Numbered from the stretch's first letter, positions 25,121 through 40,483 are shown. The stretch is 64,000 nt of DNA from Lingula anatina (GCA_051362555.1 CM120641.1:22884401-22948400); one strand, 5' to 3'. The notes: generated by a model not told the origin, from the letters alone. A program made the numbers and translations.

Positions 25121-28100
25121 ATTTCTTCCTAAATAATGACACAATCACTCTTCCAGCACTTTACCCTCACTACAAATGACCAAACACACCTACCTGACAC
25201 AATATTGAAGAAAAAAATTTTTCATCCCTACCTGGCCAAAATTGAAAAAAAACTGCCATATCCGGACCTTACGAAAATCTCTCAAAATCACCCAAAAATG
25301 ACCCGTCACCAATTTTTCCAAAAAGTGATGAAAATTAATTTACCACACCTGACATTCATAAAAAATGTGGAAACGCGCCCGGGTCACTTCATTAAAGCCC
25401 CCAATTTCAGCTTTAAAGATTGCCAGAAAGCACACCTGAGAACAGGATTTGGAGAGAGGGGGGGTGGAGAGAGTTTTTGCTCTATTTCTTCCTAAATAAT
25501 GACACAATCACTCTTCCAGCACTTTACCCTCACTACAAATGACCAAACACACCTACCTGACACAATATTGAAGAAAAAAATTTTTCATCCCTACCTGGCC
25601 AAAATTGAAGAAAACTGCCATATCCGGACCTTACGAAAATCTCTCAAAATCACCCAAAAATGACCCGTCACCAATTTTTCCAAAAAGTGATGAAAATTAA
25701 TTTACCACACCTGACATTCATAAAAAATGTGGAAACGCGCCCGGGTCACTTCATTAAAGCCCCCAATTTCAGCTTTAAAGATTGCCAGAAAGCACACCTG
25801 AGAACAGGATTTGGAGAGAGGGGGGGTGGAGAGAGTTTTTGCTCTATTTCTTCCTAAATAATGACACAATCACTCTTCCAGCACTTTACCCTCACTACAA
25901 ATGACCAAACACACCTACCTGACACAATATTGAAGAAAAAAATTTTTCATCCCTACCTGGCCAAAATTGAAGAAAACTGCCATATCCGGACCTTACGAAA
26001 ATCTCTCAAAATCACCCAAAAATGACCCGTCACCAATTTTTCCAAAAAGTGATGAAAATTAATTTACCACACCTGACATTCATCAAAAATGTGGAAACGC
26101 GCCCGGGTCACTTCATTAAAGCCCCCAATTTCAGCTTTAAAGATTGCCAGAAAGCACACCTGAGAACAGAATTTGGAGAGAGGGGGGGTGGAGAGAGTTT
26201 TTGCTCTATTTCTTCCTAAATAATGACACAATCACTCTTCCAGCACTTTACCCATACTACAAATGACCAAACACACCTACCTGACACAATATTGAAGAAA
26301 AAAATTTTTCATCCCTACCTGGCCAAAATTGAAGAAAACTGCCATATCCGGACCTTACGAAAATCTCTCAAAATCACCCAAAAATGACCCGTCACCAATT
26401 TTTCCAAAAAGTGATGAAAATTAATTTACCACACCTGACATTCATAAAAAATGTGGAAACGCGCTCGGGTCACTTCATTAAAGCCCCCAATTTCAGCTTT
26501 AAAGATTGCCAGAAAGCACACCTGAGAACAGGATTTGGAGAGAGGGGGGGTGGAGAGAGTTTTTGCTCTATTTCTTCCTAAATAATGACACAATCACTCT
26601 TCCAGCACTTTACCCTCACTACAAATGACCAAACACACCTACCTGACACAATATTGAAGAAAAAAATTTTTCATCCCTACCTGGCCAAAATTGAAGAAAA
26701 CTGCCATATCCGGACCTTATGAAAATCTCTCAAAATCACCCGAAAATGACCCGTCACCAATTTTTCCAAAAAGTGATGAAAATTAATTTACCACACCTGA
26801 CATTCATAAAAAATGTGGAAACGCGCCCGGGTCACTTCATTAAAGCCCCCAATTTCAGCTTTAAAGATTGCCAGAAAGCACACCTGAGAACAGGATTTGG
26901 AGAGAGGGGGGGTGGAGAGAGTTTTTGCTCTATTTCTTCCTAAATAATGACACAATCACTCTTCCAGCACTTTACCCTCACTACAAATGACCAAACACAC
27001 CTACCTGACACAATATTGAAGAAAAAAATTTTTCATCCCTACCTGGCCAAAATTGAAGAAAACTGCCATATCCGGACCTTACGAAAATCTCTCAAAATCA
27101 CCCAAAAATGACCCGTCACCAATTTTTCCAAAAAGTGATGAAAATTAATTTACCACACCTGACATTCATAAAAAATGTGGAAACGCGCCCGGGTCACTTC
27201 ATTAAAGCCCCCAATTTCAGCTTTAAAGATTGCCAGAAAGCACACCTGAGAACAGGATTTGGAGAGAGGGGGGGTGGAGAGAGTTTTTGCTCTATTTCTT
27301 CCTAAATAATGACACAATCACTCTTCCAGCACTTTACCCTCACTACAAATGACCAAACACACCTACCTGACACAATATTGAAGAAAAAAATTTTTCATCC
27401 CTACCTGGCCAAAATTGAAGAAAACTGCCATATCCGGACCTTACGAAAATCTCTCAAAATCACCCAAAAATGACCCGTCACCAATTTTTCCAAAAAGTGA
27501 TGAAAATTAATTTACCACACCTGACATTCATAAAAAATGTGGAAACGCGCCCGGGTCACTTCATTAAAGCCCCCAATTTCAGCTTTAAAGATTGCCAGAA
27601 AGCACACCTGAGAACAGGATTTGGAGAGAGGGGGGGTGGAGAGAGTTTTTGCTCTATTTCTTCCTAAATAATGACACAATCACTCTTCCAGCACTTTACC
27701 CTCACTACAAATGACCAAACACACCTACCTGACACAATATTGAAGAAAAAAATTTTTCATCCCTACCTGGCCAAAATTGAAGAAAACATACCTTACGAAA
27801 ATCTCTCAAAATCACCCAAAAATGACCCGTCACCAATTTTTCCAAAAAGTGATGAAAATTAATTTACCACACCTGACATTCATAAAAAATGTGGAAACGC
27901 GCCCGGGTCACTTCATTAAAGCCCCCAATTTCAGCTTTAAAGATTGCCAGAAAGCACACCTGAGAACAGGATTTGGAGAGAGGGGGGGTGGAGAGAGTTT
28001 TTGCTCTATTTCTTCCTAAATAATGACACAATCACTCTTCCAGCACTTTACCCTCACTACAAATGACCAAACACACCTACCTGACACAATATTGAAGAAA

Positions 28101-28150
28101 AAAATTTTTCATCCCTACCTGGCCAAAATTGAAGAAAACTGCCATATCCG

Positions 28151-31100
28151 ACCCTTACGAAAATCTCTCAAAATCACCCAAAAATGACCCGTCACCAATT
28201 TTTCCAAAAAGTGATGAAAATTAATTTACCACACCTGACATTCATAAAAAATGTGGAAACGCGCCCGGGTCACTTCATTAAAGCCCCCAATTTCAGCATT
28301 AAAGATTGCCAGAAAGCACACCTGAGAACAGGATTTGGAGAGAGGGGGGGTGGAGAGAGTTTTTGCTCTATTTCTTCCTAAATAATGACACAATCACTCT
28401 TCCAGCACTTTACCCTCACTACAAATGACCAAACACACCTACCTGACACAATATTGAAGAAAAAAATTTTTCATCCCTACCTGGCCAAAATTGAAGAAAA
28501 CTGCCATATCCGGACCTTACGAAAATCTCTCAAAATCACCCAAAAATGACCCGTCACCAATTTTTCCAAAAAGTGATGAAAATTAATTTACCACACCTGA
28601 CATTCATAAAAAATGTGGAAACGCGCCCGGGTCACTTCATTAAAGCCCCCAATTTCAGCTTTAAAGATTGCCAGAAAGCACACCTGAGAACAGGATTTGG
28701 AGAGAGGGGGGGTGGAGAGAGTTTTTGCTCTATTTCTTCCTAAATAATGACACAATCACTCTTCCAGCACTTTACCCTCACTACAAATGACCAAACACAC
28801 CTACCTGACACAATATTGAAGAAAAAAATTTTTCATCCCTACCTGGCCAAAATTGAAGAAAACTGTCATATCCGGACCTTACGAAAATCTCTCAAAATCA
28901 CCCAAAAATGACCCGTCACCAATTTTTCCAAAAAGTGATGAAAATTAATTTACCACACCTGACATTCATAAAAAATGTGGAAACGCGCCCGGGTCACTTC
29001 ATTAAAGCCCCCAATTTCAGCTTTAAAGATTGCCAGAAAGCACACCTGAGAACAGGATTTGGAGAGAGGGGGGGTGGAGAGAGTTTTTGCTCTATTTCTT
29101 CCTAAATAATGACACAATCACTCTTCCAGCACTTTACCCTCACTACAAATGACCAAACACACCTACCTGACACAATATTGAAGAAAAAAATTTTTCATCC
29201 CTACCTGGCCAAAATTGAAGAAAACTGCCATATCCGACCCTTACGAAAATCTCTCAAAATCACCCAAAAATGACCCGTCACCAATTTTTCCAAAAAGTGA
29301 TGAAAATTAATTTACCACACCTGACATTCATAAAAAATGTGGAAACGCGCCCGGGTCACTTCATTAAAGCCCCCAATTTCAGCTTTAAAGATTGCCAGAA
29401 AGCACACCTGAGAACAGGATTTGGAGAGAGGGGGGGTGGAGAGAGTTTTTGCTCTATTTCTTCCTAAATAATGACACAATCACTCTTCCAGCACTTTACC
29501 CTCACTACAAATGACCAAACACACCTACCTGACACAATATTGAAGAAAAAAATTTTTCATCCCTACCTGGCCAAAATTGAAGAAAACTGCCATATCCGGA
29601 CCTTACGAAAATCTCTCAAAATCACCCAAAAATGACCCGTCACCAATTTTTCCAAAAAGTGATGAAAATTAATTTACCACACCTGACATTCATAAAAAAT
29701 GTGGAAACGCGCCCGGGTCACTTCATTAAAGCCCCCAATTTCAGCTTTAAAGATTGCCAGAAAGCACACCTGAGAACAGGATTTGGAGAGAGGGGGGGTG
29801 GAGAGAGTTTTTGCTCTATTTCTTCCTAAATAATGACACAATCACTCTTCCAGCACTTTACCCTCACTACAAATGACCAAACACACCTACCTGACACAAT
29901 ATTGAAGAAAAAAATTTTTCATCCCTACCTGGCCAAAATTGAAGAAAACTGCCATATCCGGACCTTACGAAAATCTCTCAAAATCACCCAAAAATGACCC
30001 GTCACCAATTTTTCCAAAAAGTGATGAAAATTAATTTACCACACCTGACATTCATAAAAAATGTGGAAACGCGCCCGGGTCACTTCATTAAAGCCCCCAA
30101 TTTCAGCTTTAAAGATTGCCAGAAAGCACACCTGAGAACAGGATTTGGAGAGAGGGGGGGTGGAGAGAGTTTTTGCTCTATTTCTTCCTAAATAATGACA
30201 CAATCACTCTTCCAGCACTTTACCCTCACTACAAATGACCAAACACACCTACCTGATACAATATTGAAGAAAAAAATTTTTCATCCCTACCTGGCCAAAA
30301 TTGAAGAAAACTGCCATATCCGGACCTTACGAAAATCTCTCAAAATCACCCAAAAATGACCCGTCACCAATTTTTCCAAAAAGTGATGAAAATTAATTTA
30401 CCACACCTGACATTCATAAAAAATGTGGAAACGCGCCCGGGTCACTTCATTAAAGCCCCCAATTTCAGCTTTAAAGATTGCCAGAAAGCACACCTAAGAA
30501 CAGGATTTGGAGAGAGGGGGGGTGGAGAGAGTTTTTGCTCTATTTCTTCCTAAATAATGACACAATCACTCTTCCAGCACTTTACCCTCACTACAAATGA
30601 CCAAACACACCTACCTGACACAATATTGAAGAAAAAAATTTTTCATCCCTACCTGGCCAAAATTGAAGAAAACTGCCATATCCGGACCTTACGAAAATCT
30701 CTCAAAATCACCCAAAAATGACCCGTCACCAATTTTTCCAAAAAGTGATGAAAATTAATTTACCACACCTGACATTCATAAAAAATGTGGAAACGCGCCC
30801 GGGTCACTTCATTAAAGCCCCCAATTTCAGCTTTAAAGATTGCCAGAAAGCACACCTGAGAACAGGATTTGGAGAGAGGGGGGTGGAGAGAGTTTTTGCT
30901 CTATTTCTTCCTAAATAATGACACAATCACTCTTCCAGCACTTTACCCTCACTACAAATGACCAAACACACCTACCTGACACAATATTGAAGAAAAAAAT
31001 TTTTCATCCCTACCTGGCCAAAATTGAAGAAAACTGCCATATCCGGACCTTACGAAAATCTCTCAAAATCACCCAAAAATGACCCGTCACCAATTTTTCC

Positions 31101-34100
31101 AAAAAGTGATGAAAATTAATTTACCACACCTGACATTCATAAAAAATGTGGAAACGCGCCCAGGTCACTTCATTAAAGCCCCCAATTTCAGCTTTAAAGA
31201 TTGCCAGAAAGCACACCTGAGAACAGGATTTGGAGAGAGGGGGGGTGGAGAGAGTTTTTGCTCTATTTCTTCCTAAATAATGACACAATCACTCTTCCAG
31301 CACTTTACCCTCACTACAAATGACCAAACACACCTACCTGACACAATATTGAAGAAAAAAATTTTTCATCCCTACCTGGCCAAAATTGAAGAAAACTGCC
31401 ATATCCGGACCTTACGAAAATCTCTCAAAATCACCCAAAAATGACCCGTCACCAATTTTTCCAAAAAGTGATGAAAATTAATTTACCACACCTGACATTC
31501 ATAAAAAATGTGGAAACGCGCCCGGGTCACTTCATTAAAGCCCCCAATTTCAGCTTTAAAGATTGCCAGAAAGCACACCTGAGAACAGGATTTGGAGAGA
31601 GGGGGGGTGGAGAGAGTTTTTGCTCTATTTCTTCCTAAATAATGACACAATCACTCTTCCAGCACTTTACCCTCACTACAAATGACCAAACACACCTACC
31701 TGACACAATATTGAAGAAAAAAATTTTTCATCCCTACCTGGCCAAAATTGAAGAAAACTGCCATATCCGGACCTTACGAAAATCTCTCAAAATCACCCAA
31801 AAATGACCCGTCACCAATTTTTCCAAAAAGTGATGAAAATTAATTTACCACACCTGACATTCATAAAAAATGTGGAAACGCGCCCGGGTCACTTCATTAA
31901 AGCCCCCAATTTCAGCTTTAAAGATTGCCAGAAAGCACACCTGAGAACAGGATTTGGAGAGAGGGGGGGTGGAGAGAGTTTTTGCTCTATTTCTTCCTAA
32001 ATAATGACACAATCACTCTTCCAGCACTTTACCCTCACTACAAATGACCAAACACACCTACCTGACACAATATTGAAGAAAAAAATTTTTCATCCCTACC
32101 TGGCCAAAATTGAAGAAAACTGCCATATCCGGACCTTACGAAAATCTCTCAAAATCACCCAAAAATGACCCGTCACCAATTTTTCCAAAAAGTGATGAAA
32201 ATTAATTTACCACACCTGACATTCATAAAAAATGTGGAAACGCGCCCGGGTCACTTCATTAAAGCCCCCAATTTCAGCTTTAAAGATTGCCAGAAAGCAC
32301 ACCTGAGAACAGGATTTGGAGAGAGGGGGGGTGGAGAGAGTTTTTGCTCTATTTCTTCCTAAATAATGACACAATCACTCTTCCAGCACTTTACCCTCAC
32401 TACAAATGACCAAACACACCTACCTGACACAATATTGAAGAAAAAAATTTTTCATCCCTACCTGGCCAAAATTGAAGAAAACTGCCATATCCGACCCTTA
32501 CGAAAATCTCTCAAAATCACCCAAAAATGACCCGTCACCAATTTTTCCAAAAAGTGATGAAAATTAATTTACCACACCTGACATTCATAAAAAATGTGGA
32601 AACGCGCCCGGGTCACTTCATTAAAGCCCCCAATTTCAGCATTAAAGATTGCCAGAAAGCACACCTGAGAACAGGATTTGGAGAGAGGGGGGGTGGAGAG
32701 AGTTTTTGCTCTATTTCTTCCTAAATAATGACACAATCACTCTTCCAGCACTTTACCCTCACTACAAATGACCAAACACACCTACCTGACACAATATTGA
32801 AGAAAAAAATTTTTCATCCCTACCTGGCCAAAATTGAAGAAAACTGCCATATCCGGACCTTACGAAAATCTCTCAAAATCACCCAAAAATGACCCGTCAC
32901 CAATTTTTCCAAAAAGTGATGAAAATTAATTTACCACACCTGACATTCATAAAAAATGTGGAAACGCGCCCGGGTCACTTCATTAAAGCCCCCAATTTCA
33001 GCTTTAAAGATTGCCAGAAAGCACACCTGAGAACAGGATTTGGAGAGAGGGGGGGTGGAGAGAGTTTTTGCTCTATTTCTTCCTAAATAATGACACAATC
33101 ACTCTTCCAGCACTTTACCCTCACTACAAATGACCAAACACACCTACCTGACACAATATTGAAGAAAAAAATTTTTCATCCCTACCTGGCCAAAATTGAA
33201 GAAAACTGTCATATCCGGACCTTACGAAAATCTCTCAAAATCACCCAAAAATGACCCGTCACCAATTTTTCCAAAAAGTGATGAAAATTAATTTACCACA
33301 CCTGACATTCATAAAAAATGTGGAAACGCGCCCGGGTCACTTCATTAAAGCCCCCAATTTCAGCTTTAAAGATTGCCAGAAAGCACACCTGAGAACAGGA
33401 TTTGGAGAGAGGGGGGGTGGAGAGAGTTTTTGCTCTATTTCTTCCTAAATAATGACACAATCACTCTTCCAGCACTTTACCCTCACTACAAATGACCAAA
33501 CACACCTACCTGACACAATATTGAAGAAAAAAATTTTTCATCCCTACCTGGCCAAAATTGAAGAAAACTGCCATATCCGACCCTTACGAAAATCTCTCAA
33601 AATCACCCAAAAATGACCCGTCACCAATTTTTCCAAAAAGTGATGAAAATTAATTTACCACACCTGACATTCATAAAAAATGTGGAAACGCGCCCGGGTC
33701 ACTTCATTAAAGCCCCCAATTTCAGCTTTAAAGATTGCCAGAAAGCACACCTGAGAACAGGATTTGGAGAGAGGGGGGGTGGAGAGAGTTTTTGCTCTAT
33801 TTCTTCCTAAATAATGACACAATCACTCTTCCAGCACTTTACCCTCACTACAAATGACCAAACACACCTACCTGACACAATATTGAAGAAAAAAATTTTT
33901 CATCCCTACCTGGCCAAAATTGAAGAAAACTGCCATATCCGGACCTTACGAAAATCTCTCAAAATCACCCAAAAATGACCCGTCACCAATTTTTCCAAAA
34001 AGTGATGAAAATTAATTTACCACACCTGACATTCATAAAAAATGTGGAAACGCGCCCGGGTCACTTCATTAAAGCCCCCAATTTCAGCTTTAAAGATTGC

Positions 34101-35505
34101 CAGAAAGCACACCTGAGAACAGGATTTGGAGAGAGGGGGGGTGGAGAGAGTTTTTGCTCTATTTCTTCCTAAATAATGACACAATCACTCTTCCAGCACT
34201 TTACCCTCACTACAAATGACCAAACACACCTACCTGACACAATATTGAAGAAAAAAATTTTTCATCCCTACCTGGCCAAAATTGAAGAAAACTGCCATAT
34301 CCGGACCTTACGAAAATCTCTCAAAATCACCCAAAAATGACCCGTCACCAATTTTTCCAAAAAGTGATGAAAATTAATTTACCACACCTGACATTCATAA
34401 AAAATGTGGAAACGCGCCCGGGTCACTTCATTAAAGCCCCCAATTTCAGCTTTAAAGATTGCCAGAAAGCACACCTGAGAACAGGATTTGGAGAGAGGGG
34501 GGGTGGAGAGAGTTTTTGCTCTATTTCTTCCTAAATAATGACACAATCACTCTTCCAGCACTTTACCCTCACTACAAATGACCAAACACACCTACCTGAT
34601 ACAATATTGAAGAAAAAAATTTTTCATCCCTACCTGGCCAAAATTGAAGAAAACTGCCATATCCGGACCTTACGAAAATCTCTCAAAATCACCCAAAAAT
34701 GACCCGTCACCAATTTTTCCAAAAAGTGATGAAAATTAATTTACCACACCTGACATTCATAAAAAATGTGGAAACGCGCCCGGGTCACTTCATTAAAGCC
34801 CCCAATTTCAGCTTTAAAGATTGCCAGAAAGCACACCTAAGAACAGGATTTGGAGAGAGGGGGGGTGGAGAGAGTTTTTGCTCTATTTCTTCCTAAATAA
34901 TGACACAATCACTCTTCCAGCACTTTACCCTCACTACAAATGACCAAACACACCTACCTGACACAATATTGAAGAAAAAAATTTTTCATCCCTACCTGGC
35001 CAAAATTGAAGAAAACTGCCATATCCGGACCTTACGAAAATCTCTCAAAATCACCCAAAAATGACCCGTCACCAATTTTTCCAAAAAGTGATGAAAATTA
35101 ATTTACCACACCTGACATTCATAAAAAATGTGGAAACGCGCCCGGGTCACTTCATTAAAGCCCCCAATTTCAGCTTTAAAGATTGCCAGAAAGCACACCT
35201 GAGAACAGGATTTGGAGAGAGGGGGGTGGAGAGAGTTTTTGCTCTATTTCTTCCTAAATAATGACACAATCACTCTTCCAGCACTTTACCCTCACTACAA
35301 ATGACCAAACACACCTACCTGACACAATATTGAAGAAAAAAATTTTTCATCCCTACCTGGCCAAAATTGAAGAAAACTGCCATATCCGGACCTTACGAAA
35401 ATCTCTCAAAATCACCCAAAAATGACCCGTCACCAATTTTTCCAAAAAGTGATGAAAATTAATTTACCACACCTGACATTCATAAAAAATGTGGAAACGC
35501 GCCCA
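28151..35505. repeat. 12-monomer (4343-bp) tandem duplication / higher-order repeat, 2 copies (coordinates are first to last shared marker)
   Basis: Eight variants recur at exactly +4343: 28151/32494, 28298/32641, 28866/33209, 29237/33580, 30257/34600, 30496/34839, G6 run in monomers 30718/35061, 31162/35505. Confidence 0.96.
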
Positions 35506-38500
35506 GGTCACTTCATTAAAGCCCCCAATTTCAGCTTTAAAGATTGCCAGAAAGCACACCTGAGAACAGGATTTGGAGAGAGGGGGGGTGGAGAGAGTTT
35601 TTGCTCTATTTCTTCCTAAATAATGACACAATCACTCTTCCAGCACTTTACCCTCACTACAAATGACCAAACACACCTACCTGACACAATATTGAAGAAA
35701 AAAATTTTTCATCCCTACCTGGCCAAAATTGAAGAAAACTGCCATATCCGGACCTTACGAAAATCTCTCAAAATCACCCAAAAATGACCCGTCACCAATT
35801 TTTCCAAAAAGTGATGAAAATTAATTTACCACACCTGACATTCATAAAAAATGTGGAAACGCGCCCGGGTCACTTCATTAAAGCCCCCAATTTCAGCTTT
35901 AAAGATTGCCAGAAAGCACACCTGAGAACAGGATTTGGAGAGAGGGGGGGTGGAGAGAGTTTTTGCTCTATTTCTTCCTAAATAATGACACAATCACTCT
36001 TCCAGCACTTTACCCTCACTACAAATGACCAAACACACCAACCTGACACAATATTGAAGAAAAAAAATTTTCATCCCTACCTGGCCAAAATTGAAGAAAA
36101 CTGCCATATCCGGACCTTACGAAAATCTCTCAAAATCACCCAAAAATGACCCGTCACCAATTTTTCCAAAAAGTGATGAAAATTAATTTACCACACCTGA
36201 CATTCATAAAAAATGTGGAAACGCGCCCGGGTCACTTCATTAAAGCCCCCAATTTCAGCTTTAAAGATTGCCAGAAAGCACACCTGAGAACAGGATTTGG
36301 AGAGAGGGGGGGTGGAGAGAGTTTTTGCTCTATTTCTTCCTAAATAATGACACAATCACTCTTCCAGCACTTTACCCTCACTACAAATGACCAAACACAC
36401 CTACCTGACACAATATTGAAGAAAAAAATTTTTCATCCCTACCTGGCCAAAATTGAAGAAAACTGCCATATCCGGACCTTACGAAAATCTCTCAAAATCA
36501 CCCAAAAATGACCCGTCACCAATTTTTCCAAAAAGTGATGAAAATTAATTTACCACACCTGACATTCATAAAAAATGTGGAAACGCGCCCGGGTCACTTC
36601 ATTAAAGCCCCCAATTTCAGCTTTAAAGATTGCCAGAAAGCACACCTGAGAACAGGATTTGGAGAGAGGGGGGGTGGAGAGAGTTTTTGCTCTATTTCTT
36701 CCTAAATAATGACACAATCACTCTTCCAGCACTTTACCCTCACTACAAATGACCAAACACACCTACCTGACACAATATTGAAGAAAAAAATTTTTCATCC
36801 CTACCTGGCCAAAATTGAAGAAAACTGCCATATCCGGACCTTACGAAAATCTCTCAAAATCACCCAAAAATGACTCGTCACCAATTTTTCCAAAAAGTGA
36901 TGAAAATTAATTTACCACACCTGACATTCATAAAAAATGTGGAAACGCGCCCGGGTCACTTCATTAAAGCCCCCAATTTCAGCTTTAAAGATTGCCAGAA
37001 AGCACACCTGAGAACAGGATTTGGAGAGAGGGGGGTGGAGAGAGTTTTTGCTCTATTTCTTCCTAAATAATGACACAATCACTCTTCCAGCACTTTACCC
37101 TCACTACAAATGACCAAACACACCTACCTGACACAATATTGAAGAAAAAAATTTTTCATCCCTACCTGGCCAAAATTGAAGAAAACTGCCATATCCGGAC
37201 CTTACGAAAATCTCTCAAAATCACCCAAAAATGACCCGTCACCAATTTTTCCAAAAAGTGATGAAAATTAATTTACCACACCTGACATTCATAAAAAATG
37301 TGGAAACGCGCCCGGGTCACTTCATTAAAGCCCCCAATTTCAGCTTTAAAGATTGCCAGAAAGCACACCTGAGAACAGGATTTGGAGAGAGGGGGGTGGA
37401 GAGAGTTTTTGCTCTATTTCTTCCTAAATAATGACACAATCACTCTTCCAGCACTTTACCCTCACTACAAATGACCAAACACACCTACCTGACACAATAT
37501 TGAAGAAAAAAATTTTTCATCCCTACCTGGCCAAAATTGAAGAAAACTGCCATATCCGGACCTTACGAAAATCTCTCAAAATCACCCAAAAATGACCCGT
37601 CACCAATTTTTCCAAAAAGTGATGAAAATTAATTTACCACACCTGACATTCATAAAAAATGTGGAAACGCGCCCGGGTCACTTCATTAAAGCCCCCAATT
37701 TCAGCTTTAAAGATTGCCAGAAAGCACACCTGAGAACAGGATTTGGAGAGAGGGGGGTGGAGAGAGTTTTTGCTCTATTTCTTCCTAAATAATGACACAA
37801 TCACTCTTCCAGCACTTTACCCTCACTACAAATGACCAAACACACCTACCTGACACAATATTGAAGAAAAAAATTTTTCATCCCTACCTGGCCAAAATTG
37901 AAGAAAACTGCCATATCCGGACCTTACGAAAATCTCTCAAAATCACCCAAAAATGACCCGTCACCAATTTTTCCAAAAAGTGATGAAAATTAATTTACCA
38001 CATCTGACATTCATAAAAAATGTGGAAACGCGCCCGGGTCACTTCATTAAAGCCCCCAATTTCAGCTTTAAAGATTGCCAGAAAGCACACCTGAGAACAG
38101 GATTTGGAGAGAGGGGGGGTGGAGAGAGTTTTTGCTCTATTTCTTCCTAAATAATGACACAATCACTCTTCCAGCACTTTACCCTCACTACAAATGACCA
38201 AACACACCTACCTGACACAATATTGAAGAAAAAAATTTTTCATCCCTACCTGGCCAAAATTGAAGAAAACTGCCATATCCGGACCTTACGAAAATCTCTC
38301 AAAATCACCCAAAAATGACCCGTCACCAATTTTTCCAAAAAGTGATGAAAATTAATTTACCACACCTGACATTCATAAAAAATGTGGAAACGCGCCCGGG
38401 TCACTTCATTAAAGCCCCCAATTTCAGCTTTAAAGATTGCCAGAAAGCACACCTGAGAACAGGATTTGGAGAGAGGGGGGTGGAGAGAGTTTTTGCTCTA

Positions 38501-40483
38501 TTTCTTCCTAAATAATGACACAATCACTCTTCCAGCACTTTACCCTCACTACAAATGACCAAACACACCTACCTGACACAATATTGAAGAAAAAAATTTT
38601 TCATCCCTACCTGGCCAAAATTGAAGAAAACTGCCATATCCGGACCTTACGAAAATCTCTCAAAATCACCCAAAAATGACCCGTCACCAATTTTTCCAAA
38701 AAGTGATGAAAATTAATTTACCACACCTGACATTCATAAAAAATGTGGAAACGCGCCCGGGTCACTTCATTAAAGCCCCCAATTTCAGCTTTAAAGATTG
38801 CCAGAAAGCACACCTGAGAACAGGATTTGGAGAGAGGGGGGGTGGAGAGAGTTTTTGCTCTATTTCTTCCTAAATAATGACACAATCACTCTTCCAGCAC
38901 TTTACCCTCACTACAAATGACCAAACACACCTACCTGACACAATATTGAAGAAAAAAATTTTTCATCCCTACCTGGCCAAAATTGAAGAAAACTGCCATA
39001 TCCGGACCTTACGAAAATCTCTCAAAATCACCCAAAAATGACCCGTCACCAATTTTTCCAAAAAGTGATGAAAATTAATTTACCACACCTGACATTCATA
39101 AAAAATGTGGAAACGCGCCCGGGTCACTTCATTAAAGCCCCCAATTTCAGCTTTAAAGATTGCCAGAAAGCACACCTGAGAACAGGATTTGGAGAGAGGG
39201 GGGGTGGAGAGAGTTTTTGCTCTATTTCTTCCTAAATAATGACACAATCACTCTTCCAGCACTTTACCCTCACTACAAATGACCAAACACACCTACCTGA
39301 CACAATATTGAAGAAAAAAATTTTTCATCCCTACCTGGCCAAAATTGAAGAAAACTGCCATATCCGGACCTTACGAAAATCTCTCAAAATCACCCAAAAA
39401 TGACTCGTCACCAATTTTTCCAAAAAGTGATGAAAATTAATTTACCACACCTGACATTCATAAAAAATGTGGAAACGCGCCCGGGTCACTTCATTAAAGC
39501 CCCCAATTTCAGCTTTAAAGATTGCCAGAAAGCACACCTGAGAACAGGATTTGGAGAGAGGGGGGTGGAGAGAGTTTTTGCTCTATTTCTTCCTAAATAA
39601 TGACACAATCACTCTTCCAGCACTTTACCCTCACTACAAATGACCAAACACACCTACCTGACACAATATTGAAGAAAAAAATTTTTCATCCCTACCTGGC
39701 CAAAATTGAAGAAAACTGCCATATCCGGACCTTACGAAAATCTCTCAAAATCACCCAAAAATTACCCGTCACCAATTTTTCCAAAAAGTGATGAAAATTA
39801 ATTTACCACACCTGACATTCATAAAAAATGTGGAAACGCGCCCGGGTCACTTCATTAAAGCCCCCAATTTCAGCTTTAAAGATTGCCAGAAAGCACACCT
39901 GAGAACAGGATTTGGAGAGAGGGGGGTGGAGAGAGTTTTTGCTCTATTTCTTCCTAAATAATGACACAATCACTCTTCCAGCACTTTACCCTCACTACAA
40001 ATGACCAAACACACCTACCTGACACAATATTGAAGAAAAAAATTTTTCATCCCTACCTGGCCAAAATTGAAGAAAACTGCCATATCCGGACCTTACGAAA
40101 ATCTCTCAAAATCACCCAAAAATGACCCGTCACCAATTTTTCCAAAAAGTGATGAAAATTAATTTACCACACCTGACATTCATAAAAAATGTGGAAACAA
40201 GCCCGGGTCACTTCATTAAAGCCCCCAATTTCAGCTTTAAAGATTGCCAGAAAGCACACCTGAGAACAGGATTTGGAGAGAGGGGGGGTGGAGAGAGTTT
40301 TTGCTCTATTTCTTCCTAAATAATGACACAATCACTCTTCCAGCACTTTACCCTCACTACAAATGACCAAACACACCTACCTGACACAATATTGAAGAAA
40401 AAAATTTTTCATCCCTACCTGGCCAAAATTGAAGAAAACTGCCATATCCGGACCTTACGAAAATCTCTCAAAATCACCCAAAA

